From Candidatus Shapirobacteria bacterium (GTDB lineage Bacteria; Patescibacteriota; Microgenomatia; UBA12405), in contig JAQWFB010000003.1 of assembly GCA_028704635.1 (NCBI GenBank), positions 56,357-120,356 of the forward strand: 64,000 nucleotides of DNA, given 5' to 3'. Each line of letters begins with the position of its first letter. Position 1 is the stretch's first letter. A program made the translations under genes and the position numbers. Below, in pieces: positions 8,829 to 18,300 of this stretch. The notes beneath the pieces were generated by a model. That model saw nothing but the letters and a program-made list of their open reading frames with translations. It was not told the origin of the DNA and did not search any database.

Positions 8829-11065
8829 TTTTCCTTTATTTCAAATTTTCCGTATTTTTCTACAGTTGTGTAATTATTTAAAATATAATTATTTATTAAT
8901 TCTAATTTATCTGCTCCCAACCCTCCAAAACTCATCTCTGAATTGTAGATTATTATTGTTTTTTCATCTTTTTTTAAGTCCTCAATCATCTGCATTTGAT
9001 AATCATTAGTAAAGAAACCGTAAGGGGTATCAATTTTAGTCGCATTTTTTTTATCAGCCAAAAAATAAATTTCTGGCATCCACGGATAGGCAAATATTTT
9101 TTTATCCGGCGAAGTGTGCGAAATATAATTTATTAAATTATCCATATTCGCTGTTGCAGTTCCTTGGTCAACCGCTATTCCAAATCTTGGATTTTGATAG
9201 TTTTTAGAAGTCCCTGGAATTTTCCCGTAAGATTGAATTTTTTCCACTTGTCCATACAAGAAATAATCATTAAATCCATCTCGGTTTAAGATCATGGCAA
9301 AAACTAGAAGAGCTATACCAAAAACTATAGATGGCTTCTGACAAAATTTTTCAACTATTTGGCCAAACAAAATTAAAGCAATAATTATCAGAGGTAATAA
9401 GTGCCACCAGTCTGATCGACCCAAAGCACTTCTAAATAAAACCAAGCCAATCAAACTTAGAATTATAAAAATACCATTCTTTGAATCTTTTTTTTCTCCT
9501 TTAAAATAAAAATAAACTCCCAATAAAAATGAACCAATAATTACTATTTGGCTAAATTGCCACCACATTTCCATTGAACCCAAAAAATCATTAACAACTC
9601 TCCAGTCTAAAAGTGGCAGTAATTTAGTTCTATTGATTGCCAAATTAAAATAACCGTCAGTAAACGCTTTGGAATAATAAGTTAATTGAGTAATCATCTC
9701 CCATAGCGCTCCTTGATAAAGAAGTACTCCAAATATTGGAACGATCACTATCAATAATCCGCCTAAATAATTTAATAGTGGTTTTATTATGTTTATATTT
9801 TTAGTTATGACCAAAAAAGCACCGACAGATAACAGTGATACTATTCCTACTTCTAAACTAACAAATATCGACAATCCACTGGCTATTCCCGCCCAAATTA
9901 ACCACCAATTATTCTTAAATTTTAAATAATTAAATAATGGAATTAATGGTAATAACCCCATCGCCAACCTAATCTCGGCATTATTTTTAGTTAAACCGCT
10001 ACTTATTCCCATAATCATAGCCAAGATTATTATCTGGCCTGTTTTATTATTGATAACTTTTTTTATTAATAGATAAAAAATAAAATAAGCCACTATCTGC
10101 ATCAAATGAAAGAAGAGTTTCATGTTAGCCACACTTGCCCCAGTTATTAAAATAAAATATTTAAGCAGCCAAGCCAATAATGGTGGGTGATAGGCTAAAA
10201 AATCTTTATACATTACTTCTTTGTTTAAAAGATGCTGTAACCATCCCAACCAAAATCCTTCTTCAACTGGATCTAGTGTCGTCCAATAATATAAAGGGTT
10301 AAAAGCCACTAAAGTAATCACTACAAATGGATATATTTTATAAATTAATTCAGTTATTTTTTTCTTATTTTTAAATTTAATCAATTCTGTTAAAACTACC
10401 ACCACTGCCGTTATTACCAATAGAATTAAAAGCCAACTAAAATTTCCTGGCTTAAATATAAAAAAACTTAAAATTATATGACTTGGATTTAACAAAAAAT
10501 TAAATGGCAGTAGATGATAAATTAAAGGCATTAATATTAATACAAATAGCGGTAAGATTAGGGAATAATTAAACTTTTGAACCAACTGCATCATTATTAA
10601 ACCAACAAAAATACCATTGATTAATAATCGACTGTCAAATTTTATAGTTTTATTTTTTCCCTTAAATAAAACCATTGCCCAAAAAATAATTTGAAATAAT
10701 ACAAAAAAAGCCAACATTAAACTGCCTGAAAAACCGACAAAATTAGTCTGTGCAAAAAATAACAGAGAAACTCCAAAATAAAACCAGTCATAAAAAGATT
10801 GTTTTTTTTGACGTTTTTTTAATAAAAAAAGAGTTATCCCAAATAACACTGCCATTATTAAAATAAGCAGTCCATATTCAATCATGTCGATTGATTTTGC
10901 CTGGGCCAATTCCAAAGAAAAAGAGGGAATTGTTTGTAGAAAAGATTGAGAAAATATATTTATCGAACCAAATTTACTGATTAAATATAAAATTACTTTA
11001 TCCAAACCCAATGAGAAGAAAAGTATTCCCAAAAAAAGCCCAATAGTCATCCCAAAGTTTAACAA
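8825..11065 (-). CDS. Polytopic membrane protein, probable GT-C (ArnT/PMT-like) glycosyltransferase
   Basis: Many TM helices; DPVEEG...YKDFLAYHPPL loop; C-terminal soluble domain with PEIYFLA. Confidence 0.6.
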   Translation of the reverse strand: MLNFGMTIGLFLGILFFSLGLDKVILYLISKFGSINIFSQSFLQTIPSFSLELAQAKSIDMIEYGLLILIMAVLFGITLFLLKKRQKKQSFYDWFYFGVSLLFFAQTNFVGFSGSLMLAFFVLFQIIFWAMVLFKGKNKTIKFDSRLLINGIFVGLIMMQLVQKFNYSLILPLFVLILMPLIYHLLPFNFLLNPSHIILSFFIFKPGNFSWLLILLVITAVVVVLTELIKFKNKKKITELIYKIYPFVVITLVAFNPLYYWTTLDPVEEGFWLGWLQHLLNKEVMYKDFLAYHPPLLAWLLKYFILITGASVANMKLFFHLMQIVAYFIFYLLIKKVINNKTGQIIILAMIMGISSGLTKNNAEIRLAMGLLPLIPLFNYLKFKNNWWLIWAGIASGLSIFVSLEVGIVSLLSVGAFLVITKNINIIKPLLNYLGGLLIVIVPIFGVLLYQGALWEMITQLTYYSKAFTDGYFNLAINRTKLLPLLDWRVVNDFLGSMEMWWQFSQIVIIGSFLLGVYFYFKGEKKDSKNGIFIILSLIGLVLFRSALGRSDWWHLLPLIIIALILFGQIVEKFCQKPSIVFGIALLVFAMILNRDGFNDYFLYGQVEKIQSYGKIPGTSKNYQNPRFGIAVDQGTATANMDNLINYISHTSPDKKIFAYPWMPEIYFLADKKNATKIDTPYGFFTNDYQMQMIEDLKKDEKTIIIYNSEMSFGGLGADKLELINNYILNNYTTVEKYGKFEIKEK

Positions 11066-11146
11066 ATTAGAGTGACAAAATTAACTTTTGATATTTTAAT
11101 CAAGAATGGCTCTTAAATTATCCCCATATGTTAAATTAATTTACAA

Positions 11147-11773
11147 ATGAAAATAAAAATAGATTCAACAAATATAGGTTTATTAGTGGCGATTAGTTAT
11201 GTTTCTGCTCAAATATTTTCCAATATTGCCAGCAGTAAAATCGCTCTCATCGGTGGTTTTTCGATTGACGGCGGAACTATTATTTATCCAATTACTTTTA
11301 CTCTTAGAGATTTAATCCATAAAACATTAGGAAAAAAAGTGGCCAGATTTGTGGTTTTTACTGCCGGATTAATTAATATGATTATTGCCTTACTTTTTTG
11401 GATAGTCACTCTGCTCCCTCAAGATCCTGGCTGGGGACTGCAATCCCAATTTGCGATGATACTCGGCCCTGTTTGGAGAATTGTGATGGCTTCAATAATT
11501 GCTCAAGTGGTATCGGAATTAATCGATACCGAAGCCTACCATTTTTTTGTTAACAAAATATCTAAAAAACATCAGTGGGGGAGAGTTTTGTTCTCCAATG
11601 CTTTTAGTGTTCCCACCGACAGTATAATTTTCTGCCTAATCGCTTTTCTAGGCGCCATGCCATTAAAAGTGGTCACCAGCATCATCATCGCCAATATTTT
11701 AATTAAAGGCATCGTCACCATAACCTCAATTCCACTTATTTATTCTGTTCCAGAAAGAAAAAACCACCATTAA
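11147..11773 (+). CDS. yhhQ: Queuosine precursor transporter (YhhQ/VUT family)
   Basis: SNIASSKI, YPITFTLRDL, RIVMASIIA..VSELID, SNAFSVPTDS. Confidence 0.85.
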   Translation: MKIKIDSTNIGLLVAISYVSAQIFSNIASSKIALIGGFSIDGGTIIYPITFTLRDLIHKTLGKKVARFVVFTAGLINMIIALLFWIVTLLPQDPGWGLQSQFAMILGPVWRIVMASIIAQVVSELIDTEAYHFFVNKISKKHQWGRVLFSNAFSVPTDSIIFCLIAFLGAMPLKVVTSIIIANILIKGIVTITSIPLIYSVPERKNHH

Positions 11774-11853
11774 TATCTTTTTGTCTTCATTAAACACTTT
11801 TTCTTTTTAAAATTTAGATATAAAATTAACCTAATTATCGATTAATATTTAAA

Positions 11854-12306
11854 ATGAATGATTGTGTTTTTTGTAAAATTGTTAGTGAAGAATTACCATC
11901 TCATAAAATTTGGGAGGATGAAAAACACATTGCTTTTTTATCAATTTTTCCAAATACTGCCGGTTTTACTGTTGTAATTCCCAAAAAACATTTTTCTAGT
12001 TATGCTTTTGATTTAGAAGACGATGTTTTAAAAGATTTAATAATAGCAGCCAAAAAAGTGGCCAAACTTTTAGACAGTAAACTTGAAGACGTTGGAAGAA
12101 CGGCCATGATTTTTGAAGGCTTTGGCATAGACCATGTTCATGCCAAATTATTTCCCATGCATGGAACTAAAATGACCGAGTGGACACCTTTTAAATCTAA
12201 TGTTGATAAATATTTCGAACAATATGAGGGTTATGTTTCTTCACATGATTATAAAAGAGAGGATGATGCTAAATTAGCAGAGCTGGCTAAAAAAATTAGA
12301 GAATAA
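11854..12306 (+). CDS. HIT family nucleotide hydrolase (HxHxK variant)
   Basis: DCVFCKIV start, VVIPKKH, DHVHAKLFP. Confidence 0.88.
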   Translation: MNDCVFCKIVSEELPSHKIWEDEKHIAFLSIFPNTAGFTVVIPKKHFSSYAFDLEDDVLKDLIIAAKKVAKLLDSKLEDVGRTAMIFEGFGIDHVHAKLFPMHGTKMTEWTPFKSNVDKYFEQYEGYVSSHDYKREDDAKLAELAKKIRE

Positions 12307-12353
12307 AAAAAAAGGGTTTGTGCGTACCTACAAGTAGGTAGCCAAACCCTTTT
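12305..12353 (-). terminator. Bidirectional intrinsic terminator
   Basis: AAAAGGGTTTG..TACCTAC-AA-GTAGGTA..CAAACCCTTTT; 9-nt U tract on the minus strand. Confidence 0.85.
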
Positions 12354-12358
12354 AAAGG

Positions 12359-12375
12359 ACAAAAAGTTCAAGATT
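12359..12375 (-). repeat. 3' arm of 17-bp perfect inverted repeat enclosing the aaRS operon
   Basis: ACAAAAAGTTCAAGATT is the exact reverse complement of 15055-15071. Confidence 0.9.
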
Positions 12376-12378
12376 AAT

Positions 12379-13689
12379 TTATGGAAATAGTCTATTCGGA
12401 CCCCGATATAAAAAAGTTACTTCTCTGACATTTTTTTTACCTAAGAGTAGCATCAGCATTCGAGTCAAACCGAAACCATATCCACCATGAGGAGGGCAAC
12501 CATATTTGAAACAGTTATAATAGTATTTCAATGGTTCTAAATTTAACCCTTTTTCCTGAATCTGCTTTAAAAGTATGTCTGGACGGTGTTCACGTTGTGC
12601 TCCAGTTGTTATTTCCAACCCTTTCCAAAGAAGATCGAAGCTTTTTGTGATTGTCGGATCGTTTTCATCTCTCATATGATAAAAAGGTCGTACATTAGTC
12701 GGATAATCCGTCACAAAAACAAATTCATGGCCATATTTTTTTTTGATATATTCACAAAGTTTTTTCTCTTCCTCTGGATCCAAATCTCCTTTTTCACTAC
12801 GAGATAATTGGTGTCCAGCTTTTTCAAGTATTTGGTAAGCGTCTTTCATGGAAATTTTTGGGAACGGTCTTGTTGGAACAACAACTTCTGCCCCAAAGAT
12901 TTTTTTAATTTTGTCGCCAAAATTATCTTTGATATAGTTGAAAACATATTCTAACCATTTTTCTTCCCATTCCATCACATCATAATGTGATTCGATCCAT
13001 GAAATTTCACAGTCAACACTAATAAACTCAGTATCATGCCGAGACGTAAATGATGGGTTTGCCCTAAAAACAGGTCCAATTTCAAAAATACGATCGAAAC
13101 CTGCCGCCATCGCCATTTGTTTGTAAAATTGAGGTGACTGAGCCAAATAAGCTTGCTTATTAAAATAATCAACTTTAAAAAGCTCGGCCCCCGATTCACT
13201 TGGACTACCCATGAGTTTCGGCGAGTGAAGTTCTACAAAATGATTTTCATACCAAAAGAGTCTCATTGCGTGTTCGATAGCTGTTTGTATTTGAAAAATT
13301 AATAATCCTTGAGGATTTAATCTCAAATAGAGGAATCTCCAATCAGCTCGAAGTTCTTCCTGAAGTGTGTCAGTATTAATAGGAAGTGGCGAAAGTGCCA
13401 GATTTAAAACAATCAGTTTTTCAATCACGATTTCAAATCCATTTTTAGCAATGTTATTGCTGACAACTTTACCAATTATCTCGACTGCAGACTCCAATGT
13501 AAGATGATCTATTTTATTAGAAATTTCAACAGAATTTGTTTTTTCATTAATTGCTTGAATAATGCCTGTTTGGTCACGAATAATAACAAACTGCATTTTT
13601 TTTTGGTTTCGGATATTATTTACCCAACCAAGAATTCTGACTTCTTCATTAATATGGCTTCCTAAATTAGAAATAAGTGTTCGGTTCAT
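12379..13689 (-). CDS. aspS: Aspartyl-tRNA synthetase, archaeal/short type
   Basis: OB fold, YLAQSPQFYKQ, motif 2 FRA..S.TSRH, EITTGAQR, PPHGGYGFGLTR. Confidence 0.92.
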   Translation of the reverse strand: MNRTLISNLGSHINEEVRILGWVNNIRNQKKMQFVIIRDQTGIIQAINEKTNSVEISNKIDHLTLESAVEIIGKVVSNNIAKNGFEIVIEKLIVLNLALSPLPINTDTLQEELRADWRFLYLRLNPQGLLIFQIQTAIEHAMRLFWYENHFVELHSPKLMGSPSESGAELFKVDYFNKQAYLAQSPQFYKQMAMAAGFDRIFEIGPVFRANPSFTSRHDTEFISVDCEISWIESHYDVMEWEEKWLEYVFNYIKDNFGDKIKKIFGAEVVVPTRPFPKISMKDAYQILEKAGHQLSRSEKGDLDPEEEKKLCEYIKKKYGHEFVFVTDYPTNVRPFYHMRDENDPTITKSFDLLWKGLEITTGAQREHRPDILLKQIQEKGLNLEPLKYYYNCFKYGCPPHGGYGFGLTRMLMLLLGKKNVREVTFLYRGPNRLFP

Positions 13690-13703
13690 AATAAAAATCT
13701 CCT

Positions 13704-15026
13704 TTACGGTTCAATTTTTCGTCCAAATGTTCTAAAAAATGGAATAGTGTCCCTAACATGAGGTATATCTAATAACCAGCGGATTAGTCTTTCAATTCCC
13801 ATTCCGAAGCCAGCATGTGGTACACAACCATATTGTCTTAAATCTTTAAGCCAGTCATATCTTTCATCGCTAAATTTATTTTTTTCAATCATTCTTTCGT
13901 CTAACATCTCAGGTAGATAAATTTTTTCAGCCACACCAAGAAGCTCACCATAACCGTTTGAAGCAATAAGATCAGCAGTCATAGTACGGCGTGTATCCAA
14001 TGGGTTAATTGAGTAAGGAAAAGGCTCAATCGTTCTAGGGATACCCACCACCCAAAATGGCTTATCATACAAAAATGACAAAATAGCCTCTTCATCAGAC
14101 CCTAAACTCTTACCAAATTCAATATCACAACCCTTCTTTTGTAAATAATTAATTGCTTCAGCATAATCGATTCTGGGAAATGGTGGATCCAAACCATCAG
14201 TGCAAATTTTTATATCAAGAGGTGAAATTATTTCTTGAATATTTTTTTCAAGGCAAAAAGCATTTACATAGCTAATAAGTGATTCGACCGTCGAGACAAT
14301 TCCTTCAAAATCGCAGAATGCTAATTCAGCTTTAATATGCCAGTACTCCATAAGATGTCTTTTGCTTCTACCTTCTTCTCCTCTAAAGCTTGGGCCAATA
14401 TTATAAATCCTTTCAAATGCATGAACAGCAGATTCAAGATAAAATCCAACACATTGGGTGAGAAAAACCTTTTGTCCATGTATATCCAAAAATAAAGCAG
14501 ATCCATCTTCATATAAAAGAGTTGGTGTTAATATAGGGGCGGTGATTTCAATAAAGCGATTTTCTTCAAACCAGTCGCGAACCTTCGCCATTAATAAACT
14601 CCTAAATTTCAGAATAGCAATGTTTTTTTCGTTTCTAATATAGAAATGTTTATTACTCATTAGGTATTCTTGAAGATCTGGGTTAAAAATGTCAATGTTA
14701 TCTCTTGGTGACGGGGAGAGACTAATTGTAGATTCACCAATGATTTGGTAGCTTGACGCTACGATATCAAAACTTTCTTTACCTTGCTGGAGTAATCCGA
14801 CGACTTTAATTGCGGTTTCTTTACTGATTTTTTTGATTCTTTCGTAATCATTCGGTGAAAAATTGTCTCTATTAAAAATAACCTGCATATTACCAGTAGA
14901 GTCGGTAATATTTACAAAAACAATTCCACCGTAGTCCCTTTTTGATTTACACCATCCGTGCATAGTAACTTCCGTTCCAATTTTGTTTTCATCCACCAAT
15001 AGGTCACTAATAAAAACACTTTTCAC
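13704..15026 (-). CDS. Divergent asparaginyl-tRNA synthetase-like protein (class IIb paralog)
   Basis: OB fold, FRGEEGRSKRH, YGCVPHAGFGMGIERL; non-canonical pocket residues (TQCVGFYLE, HIKAE, LGVAEK). Confidence 0.8.
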   Translation of the reverse strand: MKSVFISDLLVDENKIGTEVTMHGWCKSKRDYGGIVFVNITDSTGNMQVIFNRDNFSPNDYERIKKISKETAIKVVGLLQQGKESFDIVASSYQIIGESTISLSPSPRDNIDIFNPDLQEYLMSNKHFYIRNEKNIAILKFRSLLMAKVRDWFEENRFIEITAPILTPTLLYEDGSALFLDIHGQKVFLTQCVGFYLESAVHAFERIYNIGPSFRGEEGRSKRHLMEYWHIKAELAFCDFEGIVSTVESLISYVNAFCLEKNIQEIISPLDIKICTDGLDPPFPRIDYAEAINYLQKKGCDIEFGKSLGSDEEAILSFLYDKPFWVVGIPRTIEPFPYSINPLDTRRTMTADLIASNGYGELLGVAEKIYLPEMLDERMIEKNKFSDERYDWLKDLRQYGCVPHAGFGMGIERLIRWLLDIPHVRDTIPFFRTFGRKIEP

Positions 15027-15054
15027 AATACAGCACTCCTTTCAATACTTTAAA

Positions 15055-15152
15055 AATCTTGAACTTTTTGTTAAAGAACTAATTTATGTAAATATTATTC
15101 TATGCAAATTACAGAATAATAGTAATTAAATTAAATTTGTCGAATTATACCA
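15055..15152 (-). promoter_or_regulatory. Extended -10 promoter, leader hairpin, canonical BoxA and 5' arm
   Basis: TGG-TATAAT (15152-15144); hairpin TATTATTCT/AGAATAATA (15093-15121); GTTCTTTAACAA (15079-15068); arm 15071-15055. Confidence 0.8.
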
Positions 15153-15326
15153 CCAATTTATATCTTAAATACAGTAAAAAACTGAGTATTAAAAACTTAT
15201 TCAACAAAAAAATATTGGAATTGAAGAATATTCAGCAACAGGTTCACAGAGAACACCAAACGTTCCACGAGATGGAAATTGTACGAAGTATTTACGTATG
15301 AATTTATTAGTAATTCAGAACGGGTT

Positions 15327-18300
15327 TTAAGGAGTAATTATAGTGCTAACGTTTAACAGTTTATAATCGTAATAACTTTGAACCTTATCATAAGAATATT
15401 TTTTTACTCGATATACACTTTTTAAAATATATCCCAATCTTAAATTATGGTGTTTTAACCATTCATCTAAATATAATTTGTCTATCATAAGATGTTGGCC
15501 ATGATGTATCGGCAAATCACGGTCATACCTTTCCCTTAACCCTCCAAGCCAGTCACTATACTCAATAATATTTCGACTATTTAAATCTTGATACGACCAT
15601 TTATCTTCTTCTATCTTCAAGTTAAGATTTTTTGAAAGTTCAGGGGTTACATTTAAACTGATTTCCCTATCTCTATAATACTGCCATAAACCAATGCAAA
15701 AATCGTCGTTTCTAGATGTTAATGGATAAATAAACATGTCCTTTAGTTGAGTAAATTCATCACCAATGAGAATAAAATTACTTTGATCTTCAAGAAAATG
15801 AAAAGGATTATTTGTTTTTGTTGGTATTCTTGTAATTGTTTGGCTATATAGTACTTCTTTTGCTATTTCTTCAGGTGATGGAAGCTGTTTCCCGGTTACT
15901 TTATAACCGAAACCTATTAGAGAAAATGAGTGCATTGGAGGTGTGGATTGCCAATCAATACCCGGTTTTATCGAACCTTCGGCTGCAAGTAAATACTTTC
16001 CATCTCTTATTTCACATAATGTTTCAATAGGTTTTTTTAAAGATAAAGAAACAATATTACTTTTTTGGGATACTTCTCCATCGTTTAATTGCGGCCACCA
16101 ACTAGGAATTGGTTTTGGTGATATTTTCCAAAATGATAGTTCGACAGGCAAAGTAGCGTAAGCCCATTCAAGATAAATATCGTTAGGAATTTCTTTTTGA
16201 CTGTGAAAATATTGTAATACCCTAATAAATGCTGATCGATAAACCTGACTTACCTTCGAGGAAAATCCAATAACGAAATCATCATTCTGACTTCTACCCA
16301 TGAAATAGGTTTGATTAGAATCAAGGATAGTGGAGGTATTTTCAACTATCTTATCTGAAACATACGACCAATATTTTATAAATGGTTTACCAGTTGCTTT
16401 TTCGATTTCCTTGGCTCTAATCATATAAATAGGTGCTAGGAATGTTTTAATATGTCCTAAAAAAAACTTGGATATTACATAATTTATAGGAGGGATTTCA
16501 ATCTTTTCATAATTAAGTTCAAATGACTTTGTGGACTTTAATAATTCTGCTATCTCAGAAACCAGTTTATCTACTACAATAGAATTGATTTTTATGGAAT
16601 TTTCGATATCCTTGTAAGAAATATAACTTAATTCACTTATATCTCTTACTAAAAAAATTGCTTTTAAAATAACTAATAACCCGATTGCGATAGTACTTTC
16701 CATTTTTTGTTGGCTAATCCAAACTAGAAGTCTTGTAAAAATGTCTTTTTTGTCTTTAGACTCAATTAATAATCTTGATATCGATGTGGCTGCTCTTTCC
16801 TGAGTAATAGTACTTGGCCATAATAGTCTTTGAAAAAGAAGATCTATAAGATCAATTGAATTTTTATCTTTTTGCCATTCAATATCTGGTAGAGCTAGAT
16901 TGGCCATCAATTCTTCAGCGAATAAAATACTTGAATCAGTGATCTCTTCCGCGACAGCTTGATCATCAAATTGTAAAAAATATTCAACTCCAGTAGAAAG
17001 TGGAACCCCGCCTTCGGTACTTTTTTTGAAGAACTCTAAATATCTTTTTGGGAAAAGTGTTTTAACAATATTCCATCTTTGTTCTGCCTTTTTTTTATCT
17101 GTCCAATATTTTTGCCATCCATGATCGTTTGTTTGTGCGGAACATAAATACTCAAAAGCTTCTTGATTATCAAACTCTTGAGCAAGAGGGAATATTGTAT
17201 CTAATAATTCACCTGAAACATTTTGGATACCATATTTTTTGATCAACTCTTTACAAATCTTATAAACTTCTTTTTTGTCATAATTATCTGTCCAATACTT
17301 TGACCAACCTTTCAAATAATCTGACATTTGCCACTTGTTTTCAAAGTTTGATTCTAAATATGATTTCAGATCATCTGGTTTTATGGTTGAATAATCAATT
17401 ATTTCAGGTGTATATGGTGTTGTATTTCCTCTGTCTTCTTCAGGATAATTAATTTCTCCAAGATATTCTTCGATATTGTTTAATGCGATTTTTGCACCAG
17501 AATTGTTTTTTGATTGTTCTTTTAGAATTGTGAATGATCCCTTATCCAATGCAGTACTCGACAGAGCTATTTCAATGTCGCTTGAATAAGTAAACGATTC
17601 TATTAATATCTTGAAGAGGTTTTCTGCATGATATAGTTCTTCATTTTTGGTAGCATAATACAAGTTTTTAAATAGTAGATTTCTATTTCGTTTCGCCAGT
17701 AAACTTGCCAACTCATCCCTAAGATAACCTGTTTCATCACCGTCGGTATATTCTCCAATGTGCTCAATAATTGGGATAAGTTTATTAATCCAATTATTAA
17801 TTTTTTCTGTAGGTAAGCCGTTTTCAGCACAAAAATCAATAGCTTCTAACACTTCGAATAGAAACATGTCTTTGTGATAGCCGTATCCAAGTAAATTATT
17901 TATGGCGTCTATTAACAGTGGCTTTGAGGTTTTTTCATTATCATATAGGCGGATTAATTTTGTAATTTCGGCATAACCTTTTGATCTATCTGGAAAATAA
18001 GTCACCGAGTCTATCAGCCCTTTAATCTTTTCGTCTCTTATTTTTTGAAAAACATTTTTACTCAATATGGCAACATCGTAATCAAGAGAGAGATCAAGTA
18101 AATCTTTTCTACTGAATAAGAATGGTATTTTATCTATAAGTTTACAATCGTCAATTTCGAAGAGTAAACTGTTTCCGAAAAATGCTTTTATGTTCATGAG
18201 ATCTTTTAAAATTAAGTTTAAGGAATCATGAAAAGCATTTTGTATATTCAATGAATCTCTATCTTCGGGCCACTTAAGTTCCGGTATAGTAATTAAATTG

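Noticed and set aside
12300-15330. Left att site duplicating the tRNA-Ser(GCT) 3' end
   Set aside because: None found by eye. Serine integrases leave very short cores, so the boundary is left undefined.
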